A DNA stretch of 64,000 bases from an uncultured Bacillota bacterium. Lineage in GTDB: Bacteria > Bacillota > DTU025 > MWDF01. Position 1 is the stretch's first letter. Every line of letters starts with the position of its first letter. The notes below the pieces were generated by a model. That model had not been told where the DNA came from, did not search any database, and saw only the letters and a list, made by a program, of their open reading frames with translations. Shown here in pieces: positions 63,102-64,000 of the stretch. The stretch is taken from NCBI GenBank assembly GCA_963823655.1, contig CAWGMK010000013.1:416001-480000 (forward strand), given 5' to 3'. Position numbers and translations under genes: made by a program.

Positions 63102-64000
63102 CTATAAGCCTGCCAGGGAGCCGAGGAAATCCTCGCAGATGTCCTTCTTGTCCTCTATTCCTACCGACACTCTTATCAAGCCCTCGCTGATGCCAAGCTT
63201 TAGCCTCTCCTGTTCGCCTAAGCCCCTGTGCGATGTTGACGCCGGGTGGCTCACTGTCGTAGCATAGCTTCCCAGGCTCGGGACGAATGAGGCCATCTTG
63301 AAGCCCGATATGAGCTTGTCCACGGCAGCCCTGCCGCCTTTGAGCTCAAAGCTGAGCATTCCGCCGAAACCGTTCTTAAGAAGCCTGTTTGCCGCGCTTC
63401 CCCGCTTGCGGCCCTCAATTCCGGGATAATATACCTTCTCTACCTTCTCCGACTTCTCAAGTGCCTGGGCAAGCGCTGCGGCGTTCTCGCAGTGCCTGGC
63501 CATCCTAACGCCAAGGGTCCTCATGCCCCTGAGCAACAGCCATGCCTCAAAGGGGGAAAGAACGGGGCCGAAGAGCGTCTTCGCGCTTCTTATGGCGTCA
63601 ATCAGCTGCTTAGAATCTGCCGCCGACTCCCCCACCGATACCGTCCCCGCCATCACGTCATCATGCCCGTTCATATATTTCGTGCAGCTGTGAATGCTTA
63701 TGTCCGCACCTAGTTCAAGCGGCTTCAGAAGCAATGGCGTGGCGAAAGTGTTGTCGACTGCAAGCAATGCGCCCGCGGCATGGGCCAATTCCGCAAGCTT
63801 AGGTATATCGGCCACTTCCATCAGCGGATTCGATATGCACTCGCAAAACAGCAGCCTGGCACCTGGCGCCAGCGCCTTTTCCACCGCCTTGAGGTCGGTG
63901 ATGTCTACGAATTCCGCGCTCACGCCCCGCCTTTTATGCTCGGCAGCCAGCATGCTCCTGGTCGCGCCGTACAATATGGAAGCCGAGACTATCCGCTCGC
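63102..64000 (-). CDS. Cys/Met metabolism PLP enzyme (cystathionine gamma-synthase/methionine gamma-lyase family), 5' end outside the window
   Basis: YGAT, SNPL, VDNTFATP, HSCTKYMNGH (PLP Lys), SLG..T..HPASTSH, IRVSVGIE. Confidence 0.92.
   Translation of the reverse strand, partial: ERIVSASILYGATRSMLAAEHKRRGVSAEFVDITDLKAVEKALAPGARLLFCECISNPLMEVADIPKLAELAHAAGALLAVDNTFATPLLLKPLELGADISIHSCTKYMNGHDDVMAGTVSVGESAADSKQLIDAIRSAKTLFGPVLSPFEAWLLLRGMRTLGVRMARHCENAAALAQALEKSEKVEKVYYPGIEGRKRGSAANRLLKNGFGGMLSFELKGGRAAVDKLISGFKMASFVPSLGSYATTVSHPASTSHRGLGEQERLKLGISEGLIRVSVGIEDKKDICEDFLGSLAGL

Overview
Bacillota (Firmicutes)-type chromosomal segment, fairly GC-rich by eye, in three parts. (1) 1-28.2 kb: a minus-strand housekeeping block in recognisable Firmicute synteny: iscR-iscS-iscU, alaS-ireB-AKR-ruvX-DUF1292-mltG-udk-yqeG-priA-def-fmt-yugP-rsmB, dut-dapB-asd-dapG-dapA-rnj-uppP-ftsK-rodZ-ygiQ-GNAT. 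The sporulation genes that usually sit in the dap block are absent. (2) 28.4-38.9 kb: rlmD, a known integration hotspot, followed by an abruptly AT-richer tract with a decayed NmrA-like gene and small cargo genes. It looks like an island relic; no integrase or att repeat was found. (3) 39-64 kb: mostly plus-strand accessory, detox and metabolic genes (ZupT, TetR-ABC exporter, APH, S66, BusR-like, Crp/Fnr+cupin, Na/Pi transporter, stand-alone OCD-like, class II photolyase+tocopherol cyclase-like, AAC(3), TPR-GGDEF, guanine deaminase, RibD_C, truncated Cys/Met PLP enzyme). About 30 or more single-base indels split ORFs, including essential alaS, so most are probably long-read/assembly errors; I report those genes as reconstructed CDS. 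I saw no rRNA, tRNA, CRISPR, transposase or integrase. I cannot claim a clear novel system. The best leads are a four-hairpin RNA upstream of RNase J, Cys-rich tails on IscS/IscU, two small dispersed intergenic repeat families, and several unusual gene pairings. All product calls come from motif and family recognition by eye, not database searches.
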